Notes: generated by a model not told the origin, from the sequence alone. A DNA stretch of 64,000 bases from Acidobacteriaceae bacterium (GCA_035943695.1 DASZBW010000022.1:4102-68101), one strand, 5' to 3'. Numbered from the stretch's first letter, positions 1 to 10,901 are shown. A program made the numbers and translations.

Positions 1-867
1 ACCAACGAGCTCGAGTACGGGGCAACGCAGAGACTCTTTCTCCGCCGCACCGGAGTTCAGGCTTGCCGCGCACCTGGCACTTCCGCCGACGCCACAGAGA
101 TTCTCGGCTCCGCCGGCCAAGATGACGATGGTTCGGCCGTTCCTGCGCAAACGGCGGGTCGCGTAGAGCCCGTAGTCTCGCAATGCAGCAGTCGTGAATG
201 GATTAGCTGGTACGTGGCTCAGAAGTATTTCTTCGATCCCACTTTCGGTGGTGCGGTTGTCGCGAACGGTCCCCGCGGATTGTTATCGACCACGCTGGGA
301 CTCTCAGGAATCTCGTTCCTTACCGGGCCGCGCACGATTTCGCCCATCGTCTCTCGCCTTCGTCTCCGCACGTCCGATAAGACAGACATTGAATGGGACT
401 TCGACTACGACACCTGTTCATCCTCAGTTTCAGCCGCTACCACCACGAATAAAACGCTGCCCTGCGAACGTAAGTTCACTTCCAATAACGTTTTTATCGA
501 TGTACACCAGGGAAACGTGGCCGGTGGCGTAGTGTATGCGCGGCTCAACGCTCCCGCTCGCTCCTACGTCGACGGTGTACTTTCCGCGGTTGCCGACTTC
601 GACCAGATGCGCGTCAACCTCGGGTACGGCACAGCCACACGGCCGGGCTTCAGCGCCCTCGCCTCCGCCGGAATCGATATCGACGTAGGGTCGGTGCAGT
701 ATGGCTCGGTACTCACCTCTTACAACTGGAACTGCTGCGGGGTCAGCGTGGAATACCGGAAGTATGAACTGGGCTCGACTCGAAATGACAACGGGTACAA
801 ATTCAATTTCACCCTCGCCAATATCGGCAGCGCAGGCAATATTCGCCACTCCGGGCAGCCCTTCTAG
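1..867 (+). CDS. lptD: LPS-assembly protein LptD, C-terminal part (runs off the window start)
   Basis: Frame is open from base 1 (TNELEYGATQRL...) into the 214..867 ORF. Beta-barrel-like alternation with C-terminal YNWNCCGVSVEYRKY...FNFTLANIG, resembling acidobacterial LptD. Confidence 0.7.
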   Translation, partial: TNELEYGATQRLFLRRTGVQACRAPGTSADATEILGSAGQDDDGSAVPAQTAGRVEPVVSQCSSREWISWYVAQKYFFDPTFGGAVVANGPRGLLSTTLGLSGISFLTGPRTISPIVSRLRLRTSDKTDIEWDFDYDTCSSSVSAATTTNKTLPCERKFTSNNVFIDVHQGNVAGGVVYARLNAPARSYVDGVLSAVADFDQMRVNLGYGTATRPGFSALASAGIDIDVGSVQYGSVLTSYNWNCCGVSVEYRKYELGSTRNDNGYKFNFTLANIGSAGNIRHSGQPF

Positions 868-939
868 CGTGCTGCCATCCTTTGCCGCAGCACGTCCAAC
901 TCAAAAGCAGAACAGTCTGGGTGAGATAATAGAGTCTAT

Positions 940-1950
940 ATGTTGAACCGTCTCAAACCTCTATGGGCCGCTGGATTCGCCCTGTCGATAGGCGCACTCG
1001 GGTGCCACGCCCAGCCTCCGGCCCAGGCATCTCCGGCGTCTGCATCGGCGGGCAGCCAGCCCGTTCAGGTTGGCGTCAAGCTTTCGCCTGAGCTCGCTCG
1101 CCGTATTGAAGTGATGATTCGCAGCAAGTCTGACGTGCCGACCGAATACAACATCACCATCGGTGTGCCGGCCAAGAGCGACATCAGCGGGTTTGATCTT
1201 ATCGATGTCTCGTTTGCACCGGATGGCAAGCCGCTCAAGACAGCCCCTTTCCTGCTTTCCATCGACGGTAAAACACTCGCTCAGCTAAACCGCTTCGACA
1301 TCAGTCAGGATCCTGCTGCCAAGGTGTCCGCCGCGGGCCGTCCGTCCCGTGGCGGCCCTGCGAACGCACCGGTAACCATCGTCGGCTTCGATGACCTTGA
1401 GTGCCCCTTCTGCGCCATCATGAACGCCACGCTCTTCCCTGCCGTCACGAATCGATATAAGGATCAAGTTCGGATCGTCTATCGCGACTTTCCTCTCGAA
1501 GATCTTCATCCGTGGGCAAAGCGCGCGGCCATCGATGCGAACTGCGTCGCCGCTTCCTCCACTACGGGTTATTGGAACTTCGTCGACTACGTCCACGCGC
1601 ACGCGGCAGAGATCGCTGGGACAGAAAAGTCCGTTGAGAAGGCGGACAAGAACCTCGATCAGATCGCGCTCGACGAAGGCAAACGGCAGAAGGTCGATCA
1701 GCCCAAGCTCACGGCATGCGTGCTGAAGCAGGATGCATCCGGCGTCAATGCATCCATTCTGCAAGGGGAGGCTGATCCTCTGCGTCTCAACCAGGCTCCA
1801 GTCCTGTTCATCAACGGCGAAAAGATAGAAGGGATCAAGCCGATCGAGGTGATTTACCGTATCATCGACGAGGCCCTCATCGCGGCCGGCCAGACGCCGC
1901 CTCCACCGGCGATCCCGTCTGTGACACCGGCAGCAAAACCGGGCAGTTGA
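940..1950 (+). CDS. DsbA-family thioredoxin-fold lipoprotein
   Basis: Lipobox GALGC; FDDLECPFC (CxxC); YRDFPL..HPWA..AA motif. Confidence 0.85.
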   Translation: MLNRLKPLWAAGFALSIGALGCHAQPPAQASPASASAGSQPVQVGVKLSPELARRIEVMIRSKSDVPTEYNITIGVPAKSDISGFDLIDVSFAPDGKPLKTAPFLLSIDGKTLAQLNRFDISQDPAAKVSAAGRPSRGGPANAPVTIVGFDDLECPFCAIMNATLFPAVTNRYKDQVRIVYRDFPLEDLHPWAKRAAIDANCVAASSTTGYWNFVDYVHAHAAEIAGTEKSVEKADKNLDQIALDEGKRQKVDQPKLTACVLKQDASGVNASILQGEADPLRLNQAPVLFINGEKIEGIKPIEVIYRIIDEALIAAGQTPPPPAIPSVTPAAKPGS

Positions 1951-2026
1951 TCGCCCCGTGAAACAGGGCTCGGTGATCTCGACTCCAGTACGCACCGCAA
2001 TACAGTCGCAAACAGGATGGACAATT

Positions 2027-3130
2027 ATGCGTAGTAGAACTATGAGTACCGCTGGCCGCATCAATCTGCCGACTGAACACTTCCGCGGCATGCGCGCCGC
2101 TGCTGCCCTGCTCCCTGTGGCCTTGATCGCTGTGGCTGGCTGCAAGCGCCCTCCTGCAGCGGATGTCGTCGCCACTGTGAACGGGCATGCCATTATGCGT
2201 TCTCAGCTGGACAACATGTACCGCGCACAACTGGCGCAGGCGCAGAATCGGCAGTCCTCACCGGAAGAGGCCGATGCGCTTCGCCTCAGCTCAGTTCGCG
2301 AACTCATCAACGAGGAGATTTTCGTCGAACGGGCTGCAAAGATGAATCTTACGGCGACCCCCGAAGAAGTCGATGCGAAGATCAATGAACTGAAGGCTCA
2401 CTTCCCTACGGAAGAACAATTCGAACAGCAACTCAAAGCTTCCAACCGGTCGCTCGATGACCTGAAGCGCGATGTGCGGCAGTCGCTGACCATCGAGAAG
2501 CTGCTCAACAAAGAGATCAAATCGAAGGTTACCGTTACCGATGCTGACGTGACCAGGTACTTCGACCAGCACAAGGCGGAATTCGACAACATCGAGCCGA
2601 CGTACCACCTCGCGATGATCCGCGTTACCAGTGTGCCTTCCCCCCAGCCCGCGAATCTGCAGGGCAGCAAGGCAACGAGCGACGCTGAAGCGAAGCGGAA
2701 GATCGAGGCGCTGAAGAATCGGCTCGATTCCGGCGAAGACTTCGGCACCATCGCGGCAAACTTCTCTGAAGATCCGAACACAGCCTCAAGCGGAGGCGAT
2801 CTCGGATTCCTGCGCGAGAGCCAGATGCGTTCTGACCCCACGGTCGGCACGGCCTTGTTGAAACTGAACCCCGGCCAGGTCAGCGAGATTTTTCCGCTGA
2901 TCGACGCTCAAAGCAAAAAGTCGGTCGGTTACTCCATCTACAAGATGCTCGAGCGTGAACCAGCCGGTCAGCGCGAAATCTCTGATCCCGGTGTGCAGCA
3001 ACAGATTCGCCAGTTACTGCGCGACAGCCGTTCGCAGCTGATCCAGAACGCTTACTTCGAGATGCTGCACGATCAGGCGAAGGTTGAAAACTTCTTCGCC
3101 GAAGAAATCTTCAAGAACGACGCAAAGTAG
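2027..3130 (+). CDS. SurA/PrsA-like parvulin peptidyl-prolyl isomerase (lipoprotein); start approximate
   Basis: Lipobox VAGC; VVATVNG SurA N-domain; GEDFGTIAANFSEDP..SGGDLG parvulin motif. Confidence 0.85.
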   Translation: MRSRTMSTAGRINLPTEHFRGMRAAAALLPVALIAVAGCKRPPAADVVATVNGHAIMRSQLDNMYRAQLAQAQNRQSSPEEADALRLSSVRELINEEIFVERAAKMNLTATPEEVDAKINELKAHFPTEEQFEQQLKASNRSLDDLKRDVRQSLTIEKLLNKEIKSKVTVTDADVTRYFDQHKAEFDNIEPTYHLAMIRVTSVPSPQPANLQGSKATSDAEAKRKIEALKNRLDSGEDFGTIAANFSEDPNTASSGGDLGFLRESQMRSDPTVGTALLKLNPGQVSEIFPLIDAQSKKSVGYSIYKMLEREPAGQREISDPGVQQQIRQLLRDSRSQLIQNAYFEMLHDQAKVENFFAEEIFKNDAK

Positions 3131-3217
3131 AGGGCGGTATCTCGGATTTCGATTCTCTGCGGGTACCCCCAAGTGCGTGGCGCGGCCTGCAACGACATAA
3201 GTGCCTTCGGTTTCGCC

Positions 3218-4039
3218 TCAACTCTCGTCTGTCCTGAGGCTCCATAGAATCTGGCGCAGAATGCCTGCCCAGGCGGCGGCGTCGTTGGCATCCGCTCCCA
3301 TTCTCCGAACCAGCCGCCGTACATTTTCGGCGCTGCTGTTGGCGGCGTGCCGTCGGGTGTATTCCGTCTTGTCCATGACCTCGATCAACAGGGCGGTCAT
3401 TCGCTCCAATGTGGCGGCTTCTGCCGGGGTTGAAGTGGGAGGGGAGAGCGACGGAGCGTCTTTATTTATGTGGTCTGGCTCCTCCTGCTCACGCACAAGC
3501 TCGTAGAGACAAACCGCCACAGCCTGCCCCAGGTTCATGGAAGGATGGCGGATGCCTTCATGCTGATACATGGGAATTGTGAGCAGCCAATTGCAGTGGC
3601 TCAACTCTTCGTTGCTGAGGCCGGTCTTTTCCGATCCAAACAGGAGGGCAACCCGCCGCGCTTGAGAGACGAGCTCTATCGTGGACTGCGCTGCGAGGAC
3701 AGGCGATTGCTGGAGTTCAGTCCGCATCGCCGGCGCGGCTTGAGCAAGGGTGAGCAGCGGATGCTGAAGATCGCGCTCCCCTACTGCGGTTGTCCCGACG
3801 ACCAGCGTGCAATCGGCGACTGCATCCGCGACGCTACTGTAAATTGCAGCATTCTCCATCACCACGGAGGCGTCGATCGCTGAGCGAGCGGCCTCGAAGG
3901 GCACGGCAAACTCATTGACCACCCTGAGGCGGCTGAAACCAAAGTCGTGCATGGCTCGCGCTACCGCACCGATATTGGCCGGGTTGCGCGCCCGCACCAG
4001 CACTACGCATACACGACTTAACTCCTCTGCGTTCAGCAT
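3218..4039 (-). CDS. SPOUT RNA methyltransferase, TrmJ/LasT family
   Basis: VVLVRARNPANIGAVARAM, LFGSEKTGLSNEEL and SMNLGQAV motifs. Confidence 0.9.
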   Translation of the reverse strand: MLNAEELSRVCVVLVRARNPANIGAVARAMHDFGFSRLRVVNEFAVPFEAARSAIDASVVMENAAIYSSVADAVADCTLVVGTTAVGERDLQHPLLTLAQAAPAMRTELQQSPVLAAQSTIELVSQARRVALLFGSEKTGLSNEELSHCNWLLTIPMYQHEGIRHPSMNLGQAVAVCLYELVREQEEPDHINKDAPSLSPPTSTPAEAATLERMTALLIEVMDKTEYTRRHAANSSAENVRRLVRRMGADANDAAAWAGILRQILWSLRTDES

Positions 4040-4118
4040 CTCTTCATTGTAAGGATTACGGGCCCGGTCTTCCGCAGAAGTCGCGCTTGGTTCGCCATGA
4101 TCCTGCTATTCTCAACGT

Positions 4119-4790
4119 GTGATTGAACTGGCGTTTTCTATTCTTGCGTCTGACTTTGCTCATCTTGCGGATGAGATCGCAGCTGCCGAGCGCGGCGGGG
4201 GCAGCATCATACACGTCGATGTGATGGACGGACATTTCGTCCCGAACATCACCTTCGGGCCTCCGATGGTGAAGGCGATCCGGCCCATCACGAAACTTCC
4301 GCTCGACTGCCATCTGATGATCGAGAATGCAGATGCGTACATCCCGGCGTTTGCCGAGGCTGGTGCGGACATGATCTCAGTGCAACAGGAGGCCTGCCGG
4401 CATCTGCATCGCACGCTGCAGGTGATTGCAAACCACAACGTACTTCCCGGCGTAGTCATCAATCCTGCAACTCCGGTTGAGACGCTGATTGAAGTGTTGC
4501 CGATGGTGCATTATGTGCTGGTGATGAGTGTCAACCCTGGCTTCGGCGGACAGAAATTTCTGCCGTTGGCGCTGGACAAGATTGCTCACCTGGCTGAGCT
4601 GCGCGAGGAGATGGGCCTGAACTTCCGCATTGAAGTGGACGGCGGGGTGGCTCACGATACGGTGGCTTCCGTGGTCCAAGCAGGAGCGGATATGCTGGTC
4701 GCGGGCTCTGCCATCTTCGCGCCGGGACACACCGAGCGGAACGCTGCGGAGTTCCTGCGGATTGCATGCGCTGCAGGTGCGGACAGCTAA
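4119..4790 (+). CDS. rpe: Ribulose-phosphate 3-epimerase
   Basis: SILASDF, HVDVMDGHFVPNITFG, DCHLM, MSVNPGFGGQ and EVDGG motifs. Confidence 0.97.
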   Translation: MIELAFSILASDFAHLADEIAAAERGGGSIIHVDVMDGHFVPNITFGPPMVKAIRPITKLPLDCHLMIENADAYIPAFAEAGADMISVQQEACRHLHRTLQVIANHNVLPGVVINPATPVETLIEVLPMVHYVLVMSVNPGFGGQKFLPLALDKIAHLAELREEMGLNFRIEVDGGVAHDTVASVVQAGADMLVAGSAIFAPGHTERNAAEFLRIACAAGADS

Positions 4791-4973
4791 CCAACCGAGC
4801 TGATTGCGAACGGATTCCGTGATCGAAAAGGCTTGCGTGGACTGAGTGAGTTTCCGTCCGCTGAACCGGCAAAAGCACGCTGGAGCCAGTAGAATAACGA
4901 CAGCCCCCACCTCGCCGAGTGGGTTGGTTGCCCGGCATTTTTTTTGAACAGGCGGCAGATGGAGTCTTCCTCG

Positions 4974-6854
4974 ATGACGCAACGCACCACCCTATGCAGC
5001 AGTGGATACAGCCAGCCAGCTCGTTCTTCCTTTTTTGATCTCCGCCTTGCGCTTGCTGCGGGCTTTACGGCCGCCGCGCTGATGACTGGCTCCCTGGCCG
5101 GGAACGCGCAGGAAGCAGCGACAGCGCCGGACGCTTCGGCGCAGACGTCTACCGCGCCTGATGCGACGCAGCCGGCGAACGACATTACGCTGAGCAACGA
5201 GAAGCCGGGCAAGACGCGCAAGCAGAAGGAAGACAAGATCGTCCAGTCGAAGGAGACGAGGAAGGCCGATAAGAAGCTCAAGAAGGATAACGTGCTGGCC
5301 GGAATGGATACCAAGCTCCCGGATAAAGCGCTCTACGACAAGGCCGAAGATGCAATCAAGCGCGGCCGTTTCGACGTGGGCCGTCTGGATCTGCAGACGC
5401 TGCTGAATACCTATCCCGACTCGCAATTCATCATGCGCGCCAAGCTCGCCGTGGCGGATAGCTGGTACAAGGAGGGCGGCACCGCAGCGCTGACCCAGGC
5501 GGAGCAGGAATATAAGGACTTCATCACCTTCTTCCCCAACGCCCCCGAAGCCGCGGAGGCGCAGATGCGCGTGGGGGACATCTACTTCCGCGAGATGGAC
5601 AAGCCGGATCGCGACTACACCACCACGATGCACGCCGAAGAAGAGTACCGGCTGATGCTGCAGCAGTTTCCGGATTCGCCGCTGGTACCGCAGGCGCAGC
5701 AGCACCTACGCGAGGTTCAGGAGGTTCTGGCCGCGCGGGAGGCGCGCATCGCCAACTTTTATGCGGAGCGCGAACCGCCCAACTATAACGGCGCGATTGC
5801 ACGCTACCAGACCGTCGCCGACAGCTATCCGCTTTATAGCCAGATGGACGACGTGCTGATCCACCTGGGCGATGCGTACGAGGCGCAGGCCAAGATGGCG
5901 CGTGCCATGAAGGCTCCGCCGAATGCCACCGAAACCTACAAGGCGCAGTTGGAATCGGGCAGAAGCAGGATCGTCCGCATCTACGAGGATCAGGCTGCGG
6001 CGGCCTACCGCAAGGTGGTGCTGGAGCACGCTGCGGCACCCCATGTGGAAGACGCAAAGGATCGCCTGGTCGAAATGGGTCTTCCTGTGCCTACGCCTAC
6101 TGCGGAACAGGTCGCGGCGAGCAGCGCGATTGAGAACAGCCGCGGGCAATACACATTGTCTAAGCGGGCTATCGGACTCTTTATGCACCGGGCGGACACG
6201 GTTCCGGCGGCCACGGTGGGCGCTCCCCCGCTGGAGGATCCCCCGCCTGTCAGCGCGGCGACGGTTGTCCGCAAATCGATCAACGACTTCAATACGGCGA
6301 TGAATCCGGATGCAGCTAAGGCTCCAGCGACCGAGTCCAGCGCAGCGGCTGATGCAAATGTGGGCGGCGCGAGTTCAACCGCACCGGCTCCGGCGCAGTC
6401 CGCAGAACCGCTTGCGCTGCAGGATGTTCCTGCCGCTGCAAACGTTCCTTCTACCATCAACAGCGCTCCTCTTGCGTCTCCGCCAGCCTCTGCGACGAGC
6501 GGAACTTCAATGGGGATCGAGATCGTTCGGCCGGGTTCGGAACCGCAAACGCCTGTGACGGCTCCGGCGACTCCGCCAGCCTTTCCTGGCACCGCTGGCA
6601 CAGCGACGCAGCTTGATCCTACGGGCGGGATTCAGCCAGTAGGCCCGGGTAGCTCAACCACGGCGATGGCCCCTGTCGAGAAGCCTGCAGTGGCCCCTGC
6701 TGTGATCAACGAGGCTGCCGGCAAGAAGATGCCTGCCGCGCAACTCGCATCGCCCGACGGCAAGAAGAAGCCTAAAGTCGCTTGCGATAAGACGGTAGAA
6801 TCGTGCAGCACGCACAAAAAGAAGAAGGGATTGAACAAGATCAACCCGCTGTGA
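4974..6854 (+). CDS. bamD: Outer-membrane protein assembly factor BamD with a long Pro/Ala-rich C-terminal extension
   Basis: TPR pattern (LQTLLNTYPDS, YKDFITFFPN, LMLQQFPDS, EARIANFY). Start placed at the ATG 9 nt after GGAG. Confidence 0.8.
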   Translation: MTQRTTLCSSGYSQPARSSFFDLRLALAAGFTAAALMTGSLAGNAQEAATAPDASAQTSTAPDATQPANDITLSNEKPGKTRKQKEDKIVQSKETRKADKKLKKDNVLAGMDTKLPDKALYDKAEDAIKRGRFDVGRLDLQTLLNTYPDSQFIMRAKLAVADSWYKEGGTAALTQAEQEYKDFITFFPNAPEAAEAQMRVGDIYFREMDKPDRDYTTTMHAEEEYRLMLQQFPDSPLVPQAQQHLREVQEVLAAREARIANFYAEREPPNYNGAIARYQTVADSYPLYSQMDDVLIHLGDAYEAQAKMARAMKAPPNATETYKAQLESGRSRIVRIYEDQAAAAYRKVVLEHAAAPHVEDAKDRLVEMGLPVPTPTAEQVAASSAIENSRGQYTLSKRAIGLFMHRADTVPAATVGAPPLEDPPPVSAATVVRKSINDFNTAMNPDAAKAPATESSAAADANVGGASSTAPAPAQSAEPLALQDVPAAANVPSTINSAPLASPPASATSGTSMGIEIVRPGSEPQTPVTAPATPPAFPGTAGTATQLDPTGGIQPVGPGSSTTAMAPVEKPAVAPAVINEAAGKKMPAAQLASPDGKKKPKVACDKTVESCSTHKKKKGLNKINPL

Positions 6855-6932
6855 AGCGGCGGGATCAGCCGTATACCTGTCGCGGGGCGGCGAGACTCGG
6901 CGAGTCTTTCGCGGCCGCAGCGCAAAATCCTG

Positions 6933-7343
6933 TTAGGTAGCCGGCACAGCGGCGGGCGCAGAACCTTTCGCTCGCTTCAGCACCATCGAACCACCTTGAA
7001 AATTCTCTGAATCGGACTTTTCACTGAGCTTGATCTCATCGCCGGTCACCTTTCCTTCGTGGGCGATGACCATGCCGTTGTAGGCGACATTGAACGTGAG
7101 TTTATCGCCATCGATCTTGCCGTCGGTAATCTCGACAGGAGGGTGACTGCCCTGCGGATCGGCTAACGTTCCCGTAACCTTGGTGCCGTCCTGCTTCAGC
7201 GTGCACACGAAATCAAGCACGAAGCTGCCATCAGCCGAGGTGAACTGGGCATCCCATGTGCCCGTCACGTCCGTGGCAGCAAAGGCGGATGCGGTGGTGA
7301 AGAGGACGAGTAAAGCGGCGCAGAGGCAGAGCAGTTTTTTCAC
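6933..7343 (-). CDS. Secreted hypothetical protein
   Basis: Signal peptide MKKLLCLCAALLVLFTTASAFA (GTG start); DVTGTW...LKQDGTKVTGTL beta-rich motif. Confidence 0.7.
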   Translation of the reverse strand: MKKLLCLCAALLVLFTTASAFAATDVTGTWDAQFTSADGSFVLDFVCTLKQDGTKVTGTLADPQGSHPPVEITDGKIDGDKLTFNVAYNGMVIAHEGKVTGDEIKLSEKSDSENFQGGSMVLKRAKGSAPAAVPAT

Positions 7344-7604
7344 GGTATGTCCCTCGGGTGCAGCTGGCAGGAAGATCATAGCCCATTCTTGTTACAGATG
7401 TCGCAATAGACTGAAATTCTTCGCAGAGACCTTGTTTCGGCAGATGTGAGCCGTGGTCGCAGCAATCTTCCGCCTGCGGCATCGGGGGGATGAGCGATTC
7501 TGACGAATTTCAGGCCATCTGAATTTGTCCGCACCGCGGCGGCAGAGGATGGAGTCTAATAAGATTGAGGCGATTACGGATCGCTATTCCCACACGATGG
7601 ACCG

Positions 7605-8894
7605 ATGATGACGTCTGCACTTGTACCCAGGCCGGAGCCGGAAGAAAGATCGTTCGACAGCACACTGGCCAGCGCGCAGACGACGATGATGTTCAGCGAG
7701 GTCATCTCGCTGGCGATCGACAGCTTCCGTGCCGGCAAGGCGCGCTTCCTGCTGACGATGCTGGGCATGGTCATCGGCTCGGCGTCGATCATCCTGGTGG
7801 TCACGGTGGGCATGACTGGCCGCGACTATGCGATCGCAACTATATCGAGCCTCGGTCCGAACAAGATCGAGATGCAGTTCAGCGGCGGTACGGTGATCGG
7901 GCCGGACAATACCAGTACGCCGGACTATATGACGCTCGAAGATATGCAGGCGGTGAAGCTTGCGATTCCGGGCATCGTGGCGTATTCGCCGATGCTCGAG
8001 GTGCATGACCGGATCAGCGTGGGAGGCGGAATTACGAGGGACGCCATGCTGCTCGGCGTCTACCCGCAATACAAGGAGGTGCGCGGACTCGTAGTCCTGG
8101 CGGGGCGATTTTTCGATGATCAGGATGCCTCCGCCCACGCGCACGTGGTCGTGATGAACAAGCCGCTGGCCATCGCATTGTTCGGCAGCGAATCTGCCGC
8201 GGTGGGCCAGAGGATCTCGATCAAGGGAGAGCCACTGGTAGTCGTCGGCGTCTTCAAGGAGAGCGTCGATACGTACGGAACATCCGAAATCAGCGATGAC
8301 ACAATGTTGATTCCATACGAAGTGGCACGTTTCTTTACCGGGACCGATTACGTAAAGGAAATCTTTTTCAAGATGGCCGACGCGGCGATGGTGAAGCCGG
8401 CCGCCAGTGACATAACCGAGCTAATACAAAGAAGGCACCGCCCCAATAGCGTCTATCGCGCGATGACGCTGACGGAAGTGCTGAAGGATACGGACATGGT
8501 TGCGAAGATTCTTACCATCGTTCTGTGGATCGCTGCATTCATCACGCTGATCGTCGCCGGGGTGGGCATTATGAACAGCATGCTGGCCAACGTTCAGGCG
8601 CGCATTCGTGAGATCGGCATTCGTAAGGCGCTGGGCGCTACGCGGCATGAGATTCGCACGCAATTCCTGACAGAAGCAGTATTCATGTCGCTCTCCGGCG
8701 GCATCATCGGAACCTTGTTGGGATTGGGGATACCCCTGGTGGTGCGGCTCCTGACGCCTTTCAAGCTGCCGGTGCCGTGGGAGGCTGCCGTGATCGCGCT
8801 GGCCACTTCGATGCTGGTGGGCGTAATCTTTGGCACCGTCCCGGCGAATCGCGCGGCTAAGCTCGATCCGGTGGAGACGTTGAAGTACGAGTAA
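7605..8894 (+). CDS. ABC transporter permease (MacB/FtsX-like)
   Basis: LTMLGMVIG, GVGIMNSMLANV..RIREIGIRKALGA and RAAKLDPVETLKYE motifs. Confidence 0.9.
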   Translation: MMTSALVPRPEPEERSFDSTLASAQTTMMFSEVISLAIDSFRAGKARFLLTMLGMVIGSASIILVVTVGMTGRDYAIATISSLGPNKIEMQFSGGTVIGPDNTSTPDYMTLEDMQAVKLAIPGIVAYSPMLEVHDRISVGGGITRDAMLLGVYPQYKEVRGLVVLAGRFFDDQDASAHAHVVVMNKPLAIALFGSESAAVGQRISIKGEPLVVVGVFKESVDTYGTSEISDDTMLIPYEVARFFTGTDYVKEIFFKMADAAMVKPAASDITELIQRRHRPNSVYRAMTLTEVLKDTDMVAKILTIVLWIAAFITLIVAGVGIMNSMLANVQARIREIGIRKALGATRHEIRTQFLTEAVFMSLSGGIIGTLLGLGIPLVVRLLTPFKLPVPWEAAVIALATSMLVGVIFGTVPANRAAKLDPVETLKYE

Positions 8895-8988
8895 GGTGTT
8901 ATCTTGATGCCTCCAACTCCGGGGCGGGAGATAATGGGATAGCAACGACCGCGATGAGCTTCTCCGCAGTCAGAAGGAATGGGCAGAG

Positions 8989-9903
8989 ATGAAGAAAGAA
9001 GTAGAAAATGACGCCGGGACCGAAGTAGAGCCGAAAGGCGACCGTCTGCAAAAGATTCTGGCGGCCGCTGGCATCGCGAGCAGGCGTAAGGCTGAGGAGA
9101 TCATCCTTGCTGGCCGCGTCCAGGTAAACGGGACTACCATCACCGAGCTGGGCACAAAGCACGATGCATCGCGCGACCATATCCGCGTCGACGGCAAGCT
9201 GCTGAAGGGGCCTGAAGCGCAGCGCTACTACATGCTGAACAAGCCGCGCGGATACGTCACGACGCTACATGATCCACAGAAGCGACCCACCGTGATGGAC
9301 CTGATGATCAAACCCAAGGCAGGTCCGCATGGCGACAACGTTCGGCTCTATCCAGTTGGCCGGTTGGACTACCTCTCAGAAGGCCTGCTGTTGATGACCA
9401 ACGACGGCGAGCTGGCAAATTCGCTCTCGAAGGCGGCGGCGGGTGTCGAGAAGACCTACCTGGTGAAGGTGAGCGGCGTGCCTCCCGATGCGGGGCTCGA
9501 TCAGATTCGGCGCGGCATCGTGATCGATCGCGGAAGGCTGGACGAGGTACGGGCAGGACGGCGCGACCGCATCGTCACGGCGCCGGCAAAAATTGAAGTG
9601 GCGCGCGGCGGCGACAATCCCTGGTACGAAGTGACACTGACTGAGGGCCGCAATCGTCAGCTCAGAAAAATGTTTGAAGAGATTGGGCACCACGTCGAAA
9701 AGATTCGTCGCATCGGCTACGGCGCATTGCGGCTGGACGTGGCCCCAGGCGAATTTCGTGAGCTGACACCGGGTGAGGTGATGGCTCTGGAGCGAGCGGC
9801 GAAGGGGAAGAAGGTCGTTCCGAAGAAAAAAGTTCCGGAGTACGCGCAGCTGAAATCTCCAGCCAAGAAGAAGCCGACCTTTGGGCGTCGCCCCGTGCGC
9901 TGA
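8989..9903 (+). CDS. rRNA pseudouridine synthase (RluB/RsuA family)
   Basis: S4 domain RLQKILAAAGIASRRKAEE; NKPRG; catalytic VGRLD; EGRNRQLRKM. Confidence 0.92.
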   Translation: MKKEVENDAGTEVEPKGDRLQKILAAAGIASRRKAEEIILAGRVQVNGTTITELGTKHDASRDHIRVDGKLLKGPEAQRYYMLNKPRGYVTTLHDPQKRPTVMDLMIKPKAGPHGDNVRLYPVGRLDYLSEGLLLMTNDGELANSLSKAAAGVEKTYLVKVSGVPPDAGLDQIRRGIVIDRGRLDEVRAGRRDRIVTAPAKIEVARGGDNPWYEVTLTEGRNRQLRKMFEEIGHHVEKIRRIGYGALRLDVAPGEFRELTPGEVMALERAAKGKKVVPKKKVPEYAQLKSPAKKKPTFGRRPVR

Positions 9904-10424
9904 GCATAAGCGATCTCCTGCCGGGACCATTCGCATTGTAGGATTATCTGCGATGAGCTACTACTCCTCAGATGGAGAGCTGTACGAAGGGTGGTCGACC
10001 GGCAGATGGTTTGGCGAGGGTAGTGGGTCAGCCCTCTATGGTGCCTGATGCTTTATGGCGGGGTGTGGATTCTTGCGCAAAGGATCTGGCCACGCCTCGC
10101 CTGATAGCGGATCGTCCACGCACTGCAAGGTGGTGCGCTGCGGAGCTCTCTGTCTGGCGCACGACAATGAGCCGCCTTCGGCAAAATAATATTTGACTGC
10201 CATGCACCATTAAGCCTAAAACTACAGCGCGGATTTTTTAATCGAACTGTGGACGACAAAATGAGGTCTCATGCATCCAAATAGAGTCAGCCAGGCAAGC
10301 GATTGCATTTCAAGATGGAATGGTCAATCGCGGACCCGGTTGAACCGATAGAGGAACGACGAAACAAAGAGGCGGACTCAGCAGCCCGAGCACGATCGCT
10401 GAGGAAGTAAAGGAGCAGTACAAA

Positions 10425-10901
10425 GTGGCAATCGAAAAAGCAACATTTGGAGCTGGGTGTTTTTGGGGCGTAGAGGCGCGCTTCGCAGAGATGCCAGGAG
10501 TATTGGATACAGCCGTTGGATACGAGGGCGGAGACCTGGAACATCCGACGTATAAAGAAGTTTGTACTGACCGCACAGGACACGCGGAGGTTGTGCAGGT
10601 GACGTTCGATCCTTCGCGGCTCTCGTACGATACGCTGCTGGATGCATTCTTTGCACTGCATGACCCAACGCAGGTGAATCGGCAGGGGCCGGATTGGGGA
10701 TCGCAGTATCGTAGCGCTATCTTCACTCACTCGGGCGAGCAAGCCGTCGAAGCCAAGGCGAAGATAGCCGAGTTGAATGCGACGGGAGCCTACCGCAAAC
10801 CGATCGCGACGCAGGTAGTCCCTACTACGGGCTTCTGGCGTGCGGAGGAGTATCACCAGCGTTACCTGGAAAAACGCGGCATGGTGCACTGCCACATCTA
10901 G
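10425..10901 (+). CDS. msrA: Peptide methionine sulfoxide reductase A
   Basis: GAGCFWG, GHAEVV, DPTQVNRQGPDWGSQYRS and AEEYHQRY motifs. Confidence 0.96.
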   Translation: MAIEKATFGAGCFWGVEARFAEMPGVLDTAVGYEGGDLEHPTYKEVCTDRTGHAEVVQVTFDPSRLSYDTLLDAFFALHDPTQVNRQGPDWGSQYRSAIFTHSGEQAVEAKAKIAELNATGAYRKPIATQVVPTTGFWRAEEYHQRYLEKRGMVHCHI

